Positions 31,787-59,411 of a DNA stretch of 64,000 nucleotides are shown one piece after another. Origin of the DNA: Chrysomallon squamiferum (Eukaryota > Animalia > Mollusca); NCBI GenBank assembly GCA_012295275.1, contig CM022670.1:6262001-6326000 (forward strand), read 5' to 3'. Each line of letters begins with the position of its first letter. The first letter of the stretch is position 1. The position numbers and the translations under genes are program-made. The notes beneath the pieces are model-generated. The model was not told the DNA's origin. It did not search any database and saw only the letters and a list, made by a program, of their open reading frames with translations.

Positions 31787-34467
31787 ACATGCATATTCTT
31801 CTGTTTATGGGTGGTATGTGTGTATCTGTGTCCATATGTGTATGTGTGTGTGCCTCTATTCCCTATCATTTTGTAAATGTCATAAGTAAAGAAAACAATT
31901 TCCCTGCTTGCTAGGAGTATTTCTGATGTTATAGTTTCTTCTTTATATAAAGTTAAAGTCACTTCCAACTTCTTGTATGTGATAGAGATGAGTATTGTGT
32001 TTTAATGTATATAAAATCTTTCAGAGGTTGTATTCTGGAAGAGAATGTTGTGATTGGTAGTGGGTCAACTATCGGCAGCAACACGTCTGTTTCAAATTCT
32101 GTAATAGGCAAGAACTGTACAATAGGTAAGTAACAGATTAGTGTGTTTCAGTTTTTACTTTTTATATTTAATTTATATTTTCTGATAAACAATTAAATCT
32201 GAATAATTACTGGATTGAAAATTTACCAACAATTAAAAAACAAAACAAAATATATTAATAATAATAAAAAAGACCAAACAAATGGGAACTTCCTGAAAAA
32301 CATGGATATTTGACATTATGTCAAATTAGCATTTTTATATCATAATAATAAAAATTAAAATATTTAAATGAGCTTTATTTACAGATATTTCACAGATAAA
32401 CAATAAATTATAAATTATCACTGTGGAACAGATCAGTAGAAAACTGAATAAATCAATAAAACAATTAAAGTCATAATTTGAAATTGTTTCAGGTGAAAAT
32501 GTGAAAATCAAAGGAGCGTATTTGTGGGATGACGTCACAGTACATGACAACTGCATCATAGAAACAGCGTTGTTGTGTAGTGGTGTTGTTGTTTATAACG
32601 ATGTCACCGTCAGTCCTGGCTGTGTTTTGGCGTGGGATGTGAGTGAATTACACTTGTAAACTCTTGTTGTGTGTTTGATTCAGAGTTTGACAGATTTTAA
32701 AAGTAATTTTCATTGCTTATTACTAGCTTGAGAACAAAAATATCCAAAGTACATGTATAACCAACATTTTTCAAAGGAATGTATAATTCCATATTTCAGA
32801 AAATTTATTTCTTTTTAAAAATGACTTTTATAAAACCAAAATGTATTTTCAGTAAATATATTAATAGTTCTGATATTAAATATTATTATAAATTGATAAA
32901 TAACAGACGGAATTTTGTTTTGTAAAATCAAATCAGTTTAAAAAACAAATTAGTAGTACTTCTTTGTTTTAATAATAATAATAATAATAATAATAGTCAT
33001 CATCATCATCATCTTCATGATCATGTTTTTATGTAACTAAATTTAGGTTAAAGTTGGTCCAGGCATCAGACTGAGTGAAGGGACACAACTCATGTCAGAA
33101 CCTGAAGTAGATGAGTTTGATGCACCTGAAGCACCTGCACCTATTCCAGGTGAGTAGACAGAAATAATCAGAACATGTAAAACTAATTTGTAGAGAAGCT
33201 GTCTCAGTGACTGCTGTGTCAATTCTCCTTTCCTGTATTTCCCAATCCAACACTGTCCTGATGTATTTTCAAAATCTTTGATGTTAACTTTCCAGTCTAA
33301 AAATGTCTGATTCTAATAAAACAGAGTAGTTCATGCTGTAGTAGCAGCAGTAGTAAATTTTAATGCTGATTTGTCAATTAAATATTCATTCATTAATATA
33401 ATCTCCTAAGTTTTGTAAAAATTGCACTTGCCGTTTGCACTTGCATTAAATTGTATGAAGAGTGAATATTTTATTTTTTAACATTTTTTATTTATTTATA
33501 TTTTTTAATGTGGTAGATTTAAAAGAAGAAAAAAAAAAAAAATGAAAAGAAATGTTTTGTTAAGATACTGATTATTAAAATAACTGTTTTTCAGAAGTGA
33601 CACCAGAGTTTGGCAGTAAAGGTAAAGGGTTTATTTACAAACCTGCCTGTGAGAGTGATGATGAAGAGGAGATAACTCAGGCTATATGGGGGGTGACAGT
33701 GGAGTCTGATGATGAGGAGGAGGAGATAAGTACTGAGGGGAGTTCAAGGGAGGACGACATGTCACGTTCTGGTAGTCCTCCCCCTGATGATGCTAAAAGT
33801 AAATTTTTCTTTTATTTGTTAGTCTTCTTTATATCATTATTATCTAAAAATAATAATAGTCCAATGCCTTCTGGAACATCCAACAACAACAACAAGCAAA
33901 CAAAACAAATAATAAAATAATAAATATTTAAAAAAAACAATAGCAACAAGAAACTGCTTGCCTCAGACTTGAATAGAATCATTATCTATACTTGCAGGCT
34001 ATTGCTATTTGTTTTGTTTATTTTGTTAAAATTATCTGATTTTACAGTCTGTTGATATATCATTAATCATTCCTTCATTCTTTCATTCTTTTTAACCATT
34101 ATTATTTTTAAAATCTTTCTTTTCTTTTTTACTGCTTTAATCTTTGTATACAAAAAAAGTATTTTATTGTTTTTAAATTGCAACCATGCTGAAAAAACAA
34201 CAAACATGAAAGAATTGTTTTGTCAGACTCAAGAAATATACATTTTTTAGTATTTAGATTGTCTGCAGATTGTTTTACACAAGTTTTATTATTTTTTAAA
34301 TGCTGCAGTTCATTTATTCTCTCTAATATTCTTTTATAAATCTGCAAAATGGGTGTTGCTTGATTTGATTTTAATTTATTTTAGTTTTTTTATATTTTTT
34401 TTATATATATATATATATATATACTTTTTTGTTGTTGTTGTTTGATTATCTCATAAATATATATATA

Positions 34468-34499
<32 letters not shown>

Positions 34500-37400
34500 T
34501 TTTTTTTTGTATATTTATTACAATCTTTTTTTTTTTCATTTCCATTGCTCAGTTAAATTTTTAAGACAAGTTTCTTTCTTCTTTAAGCTTGGAAGTTGGG
34601 AATGAGAGTCATCAAGTTGTTTTTCTTCATTTCATTGGTCAGCGTTTCGTCAGTTTTGTGTCTGGATCTTTTAGTTAACTTTCCATCTGTAGATTCCTTT
34701 ATCAAGTTCTCCATTTTCAATTTATCTTCATTTGTCTGGATAGAGGATAGCTGACATTGTTGATCTTGTGTTGTGATATAAAGTGGAAGCCTGATATTTT
34801 TTTGTGTTTATTTGTAAAATGTATTTAACAGACTACAACATGAAACACACAGACATGTGGATCAGTATAAGATTATGAATGTCCACTGTTTTGGACTAAA
34901 TTTTAACACTTTTGTGTTTGGGTAAAACATTCAATTCAGATGAAGTGTTTCAATAATTCATTTTGTATACATTAAAGAAGAATTAAAACAAACCCAGTAA
35001 TCTGGTTGTGGTTCACCATTTTGAAAGTTTCATTTTCTTTCTTTTTTTATTTTAAAATTCTCAATCAGTCAATGTTTTACTATTTATTGTTTCATTCAAT
35101 CCAAAATAGAATGAACATTGTTTTATTGTTGTTGCTGTTGTTTTTGTCTATGATAAAGTGCAAATAAAGGAGTTCTTGCTGCTAATCATCAAGAGAGGTT
35201 TCTTTTTTTCATGTTGTTAGTATTTATTATATTGTACACTGATATTATTTATTAAATAAACAATCTTTGATCTCACAGCAGTTTTCTTTTATGTTTTGTA
35301 ATTGTCTCCCCTTAATAATTACTTCTGACAAGTACTAATACATCTTCTGTATTCCTACATTTCTTAATAAATTGTATTATGTAACTTCATAATTTTGTTT
35401 TGCTATAACCCATAGAGTTGCTTCCCTTCGACAATATTTTATCAGTGTTACATGAAATATGGATTTGTCTTATTTTAGTTCTCAGTGAATAAATTGTATG
35501 TACTGTACAAATAATTAAATAAATAAATATTATTTTCACTCACTGTTTATTTTCCAGTGTTTTACACTGAACTGCTGGACACACTTCAGAGAGCAAAAGA
35601 AGAAAATATTGGAATTGATAACCAGATTCTAGAAGTGAATTCACTCAAGTAAGTAACTTGCTCATTTCTATACATTTTTGTAAACAAATAATTGTGCTAC
35701 TTTTAGATAAATAACTTTTGATGTGAATTGTAAATCTATTAGTTTATTTGTTCACTGTAAAAAAAAAGTTTATATTAATTTTAATCAGATAATTTTTTTT
35801 TTTATAATAAATAACTTTACTTGATTTTCAAAAATAGATTATTATATTATTATATCAGCTAAAATAAATCAAATGAAGATTGCATTACATTTCAGCAGTT
35901 AATAGAATCTATGGTAACATAACATTGTGATAATTATTTTATTTTGTTGTTGTTTCAGACATGCATACAACATTGCCATCAATGATGTTCATATAATGCT
36001 GGTCAAGTCACTTCTTGATCTTCTGCTTAAAGAGAGTGGAGCACAGGATGCAAGTCAGCTTGTCTCAGCACTAAAACCTGTAAGTTCACAATTTTAATTA
36101 TTAAAATCTGTATGGTTACAATTTTTATTATTAAAATTTGTAAGTTCAGAATTTTTATTATTATTGAAACCTATATGGTTACAATTTTTATTATTATTAA
36201 AACCTGAAAGTTCAGAATTTTTATTATTATTAAAATTTGTAAGTTCACAATTTTTATTATTATTAAAACATGTAAGTTCACAATTTTTATTATAAAATAT
36301 GTAAGTTTAAAACCTTTTTATTATGAGTAATAAAATCTGTAAGTTCTCAAAATGTTTCTATTATCATTAAAATCTGTATATTCTGTCTTTTTATTATTAT
36401 TAAAGCCTGTGAGTTCAAAGTTTATATTAAATTATTAAAACCTCTATGTCCCAATTTTGTGTTACTATTATTAACAACTACAAATTCAAAATCTTTTTAT
36501 CAATATTAAAACATTTAAGTTCAATTTTATTTTAATTATTAAAATGTGTAAGTTCATATTTTTAAAATGATTGTTTAAAACTTGTAAGTACACAATTGTT
36601 TTTATTATCAAAACCTATAACTTCACTATTCAACATATTTGTGTGTACAATTTTTATTTTGGATAAGGGAAACAAATAGCTTTTTATAGTTTTTAGAAAA
36701 ATGTTTGTATTTATATTTAATTATGAATAAAATAATTTAAATATGTATTTACAGTTTTTAAAAGAAAGTAATTTTATTTACAGTTTTTAATAAAACATTT
36801 GGGACTGATAAAGAACTATATCAAAAACACAGAGGCTCAACTAGACTGTCTTCAGGCTCTAGAGGTAAGTTTATTTATCAGAAAAGATGTCAAATATTGC
36901 TTGAAATTTTATTTTAGGACTTAAAATGTAATTTAGTTGAACTAAATTCTTTGTAAAAAAAAAATTTTATTATTATTATTATTATTATTTTTATTTGTTA
37001 TTTGATATTACATCTGTTTAGTTTTTAAGAAGGAAAATAATGATGTTTCTCATTTTATATATATGTAAATATATATAAAATGTTATTTATTGCACTTGAG
37101 ATAGATTTATATTATTTAATGTTATATTTCTAGTGATATCTATTCACTCAGATATGTCTTTACACTGTGTGTTAACTTGACAGGAGTTCAGTGTGAGGAG
37201 TGAGCCAATCAAACTGTCTGTTGTGAAGATAATACATAACATGTATGAGATGGACGTGCTAGAGGAGAATGCTATCATACAGTGGTACAAAGATACACCA
37301 GACTCAGAGGACACTGAAGTGTCCTTAGAACTTAGAAAACAGGTACAACTTTTCACAAAATCATGTAGAGCTGAAATTTTGTTAACAAATGAAAAGATTG

Positions 37401-37807
37401 AGATTTAAACTCTGGGCAAAGCAATGAGGAAATTAATGTTTGTGTTAATATACTTCTAAACCTTTGATCAAATCAACCCTCTTGTCCTCTATAACCAAAG
37501 AGACTTGATACATCCATACAGCCAATGTTTAACAAAGGGTTAATGAAAGACTTGCTGCATGATTTTCCAAAGGCAAGATTTAGACATAACAGAAACTTTG
37601 CTGCTATCAAATATCAGTTCTTATGGAGATGGGACAACACATTTCCTTTTCTTAAAATGCAGAGTTGTACAAAACTGTAGGTATAACAACAAGTAATGGT
37701 TGCTGTTAAACATTTTAGAGAACTGACAATTGTTTGTGATGTTTCAGGTGATGCCTCTCATAAAATGGCTGCAGGAGGCCGAGGAGGAATCATCAGATGA
37801 AGATTAA
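28058..37807 (+). CDS. EIF2B5: Translation initiation factor eIF2B subunit epsilon, 680 aa, 16 exons
   Basis: Exons: 28058-28180, 28947-29071, 29527-29712, 30004-30178, 30905-31060, 31318-31403, 31613-31738, 32025-32125, 32493-32638, 33047-33149, 33595-33798, 35558-35648, 35959-36079, 36784-36864, 37184-37342, 37748-37807. All GT-AG, phases consistent, total 2043 nt. Hallmarks: [39 protein letters not shown] motif [18 protein letters not shown], left-handed beta-helix repeats, SRSGSP (GSK3/priming-site equivalent), catalytic LEVNSLKHAYN, W2 AA-boxes and C-terminal [13 protein letters not shown]. Confidence 0.97.
34583..34800 (-). mobile_element. Possible decayed Penelope-like retroelement RT fragment in EIF2B5 intron 11
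   Basis: Stop-free stretch of ~74 codons (...[36 protein letters not shown], then DPDTKL after a 1-nt shift). It resembles the Penelope RT pattern I..ADKG..TV....DY..KM..LL....Y.KL..DPT; similarity judged by eye. Confidence 0.3.
36072..36650. repeat. ~30-bp tandem repeat starting at the EIF2B5 exon 13 donor (aaaacctgtaagttcacaatttttattatt)
   Basis: The first unit contains the real junction AAAACCT|gtaagt. Roughly 17 units, decaying with distance, fill most of the intron. Confidence 0.9.
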
Positions 37808-39337
37808 AAATATTTAACAAGTCTGCTGTCTGCAATCTCACACAACTGTTTAAAATCTTTGTTACTGTAAAACTGGTTTTATTATGTCAACTATTTATTA
37901 TCAGTGCTGATGGAGAAGATTGTGTCACAATTATCCGCCATGCTGAGAGATTTCAGATACACATTCATTGAAAGTTAAATTGTAAAATTGGAAATCGAAG
38001 TACACATTGGTAGGTGTACCTGGAATAAATCTTCATAGACATACCATATAAAAACGGAATTTAAAAAAAAGAAGAAAAAAAAGAAAGATAAATAAATAGA
38101 AAATAAACAACTTTTTAAAATATGAACTATGTTGGTACTCTTTGTAATATTATCTTGACGATCACTTTCATCTTTTATTGACATTTTAATTCATTTGCAT
38201 ATCAATATAATTTAAGAAAATTTCATTATTTTTATTATAACTATTATTACTGATAATTTAATTAATTTGTAATGTCATCATATATTCTCTTTTAAAACAA
38301 AAACGTAATATAACTGATTATTAAATTACAGAAGTAAAAATCATAAATAATGTATTATCAAAATTGACATTCTATTGGTCTTCAATGACTCATAAGACTG
38401 AGTCCTCAGTTGAAACGTCGTTTATCTATTAAAAACTGGTTACTTCTATATTGACAGTTGATGATCTCTTCTCCTTTCATCAAGACATTTAAAATTTTAA
38501 ATAGTGCAGTCCTATTTCCCTTAGTTGAGTGCAGAGCTCATACTGTTACTAATATCAGCCACACAAATTGTAACAATGATTTCTTTGTCAGTTTTTTTAT
38601 TCTGTAACTGATTGCTTCAGTTAACACATGAATGAATGATTTAGCACTGAGCACAGTATCCATGTTAAATTTTATTATTTAAATTACAGCTGTAATGGTT
38701 TAGTTTTAAAAATTGTCCTGTAAGCATATACTAACAGAAATACAGTTTAGAAAAGGTACCTGGATTACATTAACTTCCAGGACAAACAGACGTGAGCTAA
38801 ATCTTAGATATTTATCAGATCTCACAGATGGGCTTTCCTATCTACAAACATTTTAACACTGAAAGATAACTGCAGTCGATTTTCATGTGTAGTCCATGGC
38901 ATTGTGACAATTTCCTCTCTCAGATAATCAAAATCAGATGTATCAAAATAAAATAATTACATGCTACTCTGTTATAATCAAATGGATCATTTAATATAAA
39001 ATATTTAGATATTGTGTCAATGCCATAATATTTTACATTATCTCTTTGAGAAATATCTTGTTTGTTTAGTAATTTCCCCTTGCCCTTCTCCAAAATGAGG
39101 CCGTTTTTATTCTGTTGAAAGGTTAATACATTTTCCTGTTTTTTTGATATGTGAAGCTCTGCACATGAATTTTCTGTCTAGACTGATCTAAATTGACCTG
39201 CTACGAGTTACTGATAACTGTCTGTAGCTTTTGCAGATGTTTATTGGAAAGATGCCAGATTCTAAGACTTTATCACTTTATCACATTCAGACATTAATCA
39301 AGCCAAATAATGATAGTGCAGCAGTGTTTATAATAAT

Positions 39338-39392
<55 letters not shown>

Positions 39393-39405
39393 TAAACAGA
39401 TGGAA

Positions 39406-39446
<41 letters not shown>

Positions 39447-40305
39447 TAAACAGATGGATAGAGATTATAGTAATTAATAATAATAATAATAACCATCTAC
39501 ATCATAATAATTATACAAATAAATATATATATATATTTTTTTAAATATGTCAGACCCATTTTAAAATAAAAACAAACACATGAATTCTTTATGATTTTTT
39601 TTCCAAGTGACACATAATATATCTGAAATGTCTAGATAAAAAAACATGAACTGTGAGCAATACAACTCACAAGATGAAGCTGTGAGTAACTCAACATACA
39701 GCAGATAACACATCTCATCATCAGAATTCAAGTAAATTATTTAATAAACTCTTCTTTCTTTCTTATTTATTTTTTTTTGTGTTTTTTTTTTTTAAATATT
39801 TTTTTTAAAAAACATACATATCTGTATTTATTTTAAATATGTCAAAACAACAACAATAATAATAGAAATTTACCTATTCTTATTTTAGTGCCATTTTGAA
39901 TTTTTTCAAATTACTTCCCTTTAATAGGGCATTTATGCAAAATGAATAAAAACAAAATCTAACAATTTATATACTGGTAAATAATTTTTCTCTTGAATAA
40001 TGATGATATGGGACAAATGAATCCAGTGTACAATATCAGACTAGGATTAGACAGTTCAGTCCATAAAGTTTAAAATTTTACAATACACAATGTTAGTAAT
40101 GTTCCATCAGAATTTAAAATGTTAAAACTATTAGATAAACAGTAATTATATATAAATTGTCAAAACAAAGTACCTGAAAATAGACATTAATGATAATGAA
40201 AGTATTCTAAAAATCTATTTAAAAATTTAAACAATGAAGTGAATAAGCCAAAAAAAAAAATTTAATGAAAAATAAAAAAAAAAAAAAAAAAAAATTCAAA
40301 TAAAA

Positions 40306-40345
<40 letters not shown>

Positions 40346-43300
40346 AAATAAATAAAGATAAAAAATATATTAAACCATTAATAGTTATTATATTTGATAC
40401 ATGTACTCCAAAATAAATAAAAATTTGTTATAAATGGGGGAAAAGGTAAAAAAATTAAGATTAATATACAACACTGTGTAAATGATAATGGTTTAAGAAG
40501 ACATACATACAGCTGACTGCCTCCAAGAATGAAAAAACTGATCAAAAAAACCACATCCCAACTGAATGTGAGAGAAAATATGAAAATTTAAATGTAAATA
40601 TGGCTTATAAATGTAGAAAATAAATTTCTTTCACCCCAGGGAGACAGTACAAATACAAATAAACACACATTTTTAAATTTTAATAAAAGCAAAAAATTAT
40701 TAAACTTGTCAACTTTTTTTTTTTTTAAATAAAATATATATATATATTTTTAATAATATTAATTTTTATCTGTAATAAGTAAGATCAACAAGTTAATTTA
40801 ATTTTGATTTCAAAATTTTTGTTTTATAAGTAAACATCAATATATATTTAAAATTTAAAGTTTAACAAAATAACGAAACAGATCTGCTAATCTTCAGCAG
40901 GTTGATAAAAAGCTAGAAGAATAAAACTACAAATAAAAACTATTTTAACAATTATCTTTTTAACAAAACTATTTAACAATGAACAGTTAAAATAACCATT
41001 AATCTGTAACCATTAACAATTTAACATCAATTAGAAGCAGATCTGGGGTGGGGAAAGCACTTGCCATATGCCCAACCCTGTACTTGTTTTTTTTGTAATT
41101 CCGTTTTACTTGAAAAATATATCCACTTTTCTGAAAAGCTGGATCTGTCTTTTTATGCAGTTTGCTGCAGTAAAATAAAAATAAAAGACAAAACAAGAAC
41201 AAACATTTCAAACAAGAGATGTGTTAGGATATAATTATATGTAATATAAATATTCTTTCATTAAAAAAAAAAGAAAAAAAAAAAAAGAAAAGAAAGAAGC
41301 TCCCAAGAACAATGAGTTTGAGGTGTCTCTGAAGATTTCAGTTCTAAACACTTAAAACATTAAAAAAAAAAGATTATTAGATTTAATATGATAAAACAGA
41401 ATTTGGGATGAATCAAATTAACTATTTCCACTTTTCTTTCTCTCCTTCTTTGCTTGTCAATTAACAAAACGATATATGGAGTGGAATTTTTTTTACATTC
41501 ATTGTGAAAAAAAGGAAACCGGTTTTGTTCAGTGAATGTTTTTCATACGTGACTCAATTCTAGTCTATGATAACTCAAATACAAACTGACAATTAAAGTA
41601 TACCTTCGATATCGTCAACAAACTGTTTAAACACATTTTGTTTGTTTCTTTTTATTATTATTATTTTTTTTTTTACGTTATTGTTTTTGTACCTGTCAAG
41701 TACAATTTCTGCTAATCCGAAATGATTTTTGACTGATACATATATGGATATAAAACACATCCACATACAGGAATACTAACATTTGTTTTTTGTGAAAAAA
41801 TTTAAGTGAACATGTTAAAAGGAATAATTATTCTACTTTATTATTAACAAAGTTTCTTTTTTTAAAATATAAAATTAAAGAATAGCTTAATTATATATTT
41901 TTAGGTTGTTTTAAACCTATCACCACTGGTACCCTTTAAATGTCTTTGTTTGTATTACATTCGCGTGATCTATGAAACTTAAGTAGCTAATAATGATTTA
42001 GAAAAAATACGATATTTACAAAATGTACATAATAAATATGAAAAACAAACAACGAAAATACGCCATGAGCAAATTTAGGTCAAATAATGTCGCTATAGCA
42101 ACAGCGCGCGACAAAATGACCAAAACGAGAACACATAGTGTTAGGCTAAACATTGCATGTTAAAGACAGATGAAGCCAAAACCATCACACGTTTCTGAAT
42201 GAACTTTAATAAAAAAAAAAAAAATAATAATAATAATAATAAAAATAAATAACTATTTAATAATAATAAAAAAAAAAAAAGTTGTAATAATAAATAATAT
42301 ATTTAAAAAAGAAGAAGAAAAAAAAAAGACTAAATAATGAAAATAAAAAGAAGAAAAAAGTAAACATGAATTATAAATGTCTACACATCTTGACAGCAGG
42401 CTCATGCTAATCTCATTCACTCGTGATAATGAAAGCGGAAATGACGTCGATACCCATTTTTACATGAAATGGAGATGAAGCGATGCATTATATACGACAC
42501 GCTGATCTAGGCATATTAATATCATAATGAGTCTAAAATAACCGAATGATGTTAAAACAAGAAAAAAAAGCCTAATAATATACTTTTTTTTTTTTTTTTT
42601 TTTTAAAAACAGGAAATATTTTTTAAATGCATAAACGTTCTTCGTTCAGATCAACGAAAACTTTTAATGAAAATAATTCTGATTTCAAAAATGAAGATAA
42701 AATAATTTACTTATACTTAGTATTTAGCTTTCAGTTGCATAAAGGCTGCACGCAAATCACAGTAAACAAAAGACGCAGAAACACGGAAACAACTGAAGAT
42801 ATTTCATAAACGTACAAAAAAAAAAAAAAAAAGCGTCATGGTACTGTGCTTCATAAATTATGCATTAAAAAAATAATTAAAAAAATGCTAATGTTGATTT
42901 TGTTAATAAAAAAAATCAGAAAAAAAAAAACCACAAAAAAAACACACAAAAAAAACAACAAACAAACAAACAAACAACTTAAACCTCGATTTCACGACTG
43001 CATTTTCAATAAACTATAAAGCATAGTACAAAAATTATTTAAAAACCTTCAAAAATGTTGTGCCTAATACTAGACTACAAGAAACGCACACTGAGGTCAG
43101 TGCAGATTTAGTTCAACTGACCGACGTTGTAATCTACGTAATTATCAGGTAATGATTTGAAATGACTAATAACACGAAACAGTCACTAAAAGTCAGTGTT
43201 TTAAGAAAAGACACAAAACATGCAGGTTGTGAGTGTTTATCGAATGATAATGTCAACAGGTAATTAGAATGTTAACGATTTTTAAAAGTGTTGACATCGT

Positions 43301-43826
43301 GAAAATGTCCACTGCCACATGATAAACTAGCAACTGATATAAATTATATTTATCTGAAAACGGTAAGTGATTGGTACCGCGGCTAAATTCACATTTAAAA
43401 CGAACAGTAAAAAGTCTTTATAATTTTATCCATTCATCATCATTTTTGACACTCTCTTTTAAGACAAAAGGCAGTGTTTCTGCATTCGTATTTTGAAATT
43501 AAGCAGTGTATAAAAATGTCTACGTTTACCAGTTAGGAGGAGGCGCTACACAAACAAATATTTCGCCCCGAATCTCTATTGCTTTAAATGATTCTTATTT
43601 CGGAAAGTTAGAATCACGAAGATGATGAATCGTGCAACCGCACCGACACAGATGAGTTATATTAGCTGCCAAGTTTAGTGAGATTTTTTACATCTTGTTT
43701 CATCCTAAATTATATTAAAAAAAACACTGAATTTATTTATCTTTAAAAAAAACAACAACTAAAAAACAATCAGTTAACAAAAATATTTCAGTTCATTTTT
43801 ACAATAACAACAATGGCAACCAGAAT

Positions 43827-43864
<38 letters not shown>

Positions 43865-44234
43865 TGAAAAAACACATCAGTACAAGACACATGAAGAGAT
43901 AACAGATTCTAAAAATCTACCAGAAGCTGGGAAACAGAATGATAGAACAATACCCTGCTTATAACCGCGCCCTAGATGTTACCTCCCTTTGGTGTGCGAT
44001 ATAAACAATATTACACGCAATACCAACCTTGTTAAATCTGAGATGAGCTAAATGAATATAATACATTTCTATGACAACATGATATCAAATTAGTAATAAT
44101 GCTATTACCAAGTTAAAAAACTGTTTGTATTGTTGGTCTATGTACGACATAATAGCGCGCAATCTCGAAATTTCAAGGAATATTTCATTATAATTTATAA
44201 TACTGACAATATAATCTGTCAAAAATACCTGGTG

Positions 44235-44235
<1 letters not shown>

Positions 44236-44304
<69 letters not shown>
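44236..44304. repeat. (AAT)n microsatellite
   Basis: Direct reading; similar tracts at 7780-7843, 8313-8370, 39340-39440 and 59371-59408. Confidence 0.95.
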
Positions 44305-44307
<3 letters not shown>

Positions 44308-44582
44308 ATTAACGAAAACATGTATACTGGTGCTATTACATTAAGAGTATTTGAAACAAAAACATTAAAATAATCGAAACATACTCCAGTTAGAGACCGA
44401 GATATTCGCTTTAATTTTTTTTAAATTCTAAAAACAAAAATAAAATAAACAAAAATAATTATACCATTTTAGAAAATATATTAAAACTAGAATAATTTTA
44501 TTTAAAATTTAGTATATTATCATGGTTATTTTTGTTATTTTTGACATGAACTGAAATTGATATATGCGTAAAATGTTTATGA

Positions 44583-44690
44583 TATACCTGCATAACGAAA
44601 CACCTGTATCGGATACCTGTTTAATATATCTGTATAATATACCTGTTTAATACAGCTGTATATTATACCTGTTTAATACAGCTGGCAGTA
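44583..44690. repeat. Short degenerate repeat (atacctgtttaatacagctg) in the presumed 3' UTR of the proteolipid gene
   Basis: atacctg-type word at ~44584, 44600, 44613, 44639 and 44665. Confidence 0.65.
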
Positions 44691-45019
44691 ATAAAACATT
44701 TTAAGGGAGAGTCGCGTCTCTTTTCTTGAGTAGAAAAAAGAAGGAAAAAAATAAAAAATAAAAATGACAATAAATCTTCCATGAACAGAGATTTTTTGCC
44801 ATCTACAACAAATACTACAACAAAAAAGTTTTTAAAAAACCCCAAGAATATTTAAAAGCAGAATATCCCAGCTTGATTCTAAATCATATTTATACTGTTG
44901 TTGATAGTTCGTGTCGTATTTTATCTATGTTGTTGCTGTTGCTGTTGCTATTCTTCTGTTATTCTGCAACAGTCGTATTTACTAAAGATCTCTCAGTATT
45001 GCACAAACTTGTCTATAAG

Positions 45020-58371
<13,352 letters not shown>

Positions 58372-59369
58372 CTGAAAAATAAAACACGTTTTAGTAACTT
58401 TCATCTGCTGCATTGTGCTGATCAGTTTAATTCTATTATTCGCAACAGTACGTATAATCCCAAGTCAAATCATCGAGTTACCTCCCTTCCCAAACGTAAA
58501 AATCTCGGTTTATCACCAACATGTTTATCCCGTTATGTTTCTCATATTCTGTAATTTTACTGAACAAATGCTTTGAATCAGCCAACAATTTTTATAAATT
58601 AACCAACAACAACATAATAAAAAGCTGATTTGTAAAGATTATGTTACAGTTGGTGCGAAACAAAACACACACATAAAGAAAATGAGTACGCATAGTTGTT
58701 GACTATAAATATATTTTAAAAATACAAACATCCGTAAAAAATAACATGGTCTATGATTAATGCAAACGCGTATCTGTGTGTTTGTGTGTTTGTGTGTATG
58801 TGTGTCTGTGTGTATATACGCGTGTATGTGCGTATATATTATATAAGCCTGTATGAATGTATATTATGTGTGTGTTTGTATATGACGCATGTGTGACTAT
58901 ATATTATGTATTCACGTGTGTGTGGGGTGGGGAGTGTGTTAACAAACAGACATTAAAGTAAAGGGACAGATTGCTGTGGTAATAACTGTTAAATCATAAC
59001 AAATAATGTTCTGTTGTGTGGAGAAAAACAAATCAAAGTGAGAAAGCTGCAACAGAGTAAAAATTCCTTATGTCTCCAAAAAAAAAAAAAAAAAAAAAAA
59101 AAAAATAAATAAATAAAAAAATAAAAAAAAAATAATAATAAATAAAAATTCCAGGTCAACAGAACTTTCCCGCCCTCGCAGTGAGAAAGTTAGTTTGAAC
59201 GTCTGACACAGAGAAAGAAAATTTAGAAACGTGTTTTGAAATCCTTTCTAATCCTTTGACTTTCTAAAATATTTGTACCTTCATGAACTTCACTGCTAAG
59301 TAATTAACTTTTAAGTGTATTATAAATCATCTTTTTTCCAGTAAACAGACAAACATAAACAATATCAAC

Positions 59370-59411
<42 letters not shown>

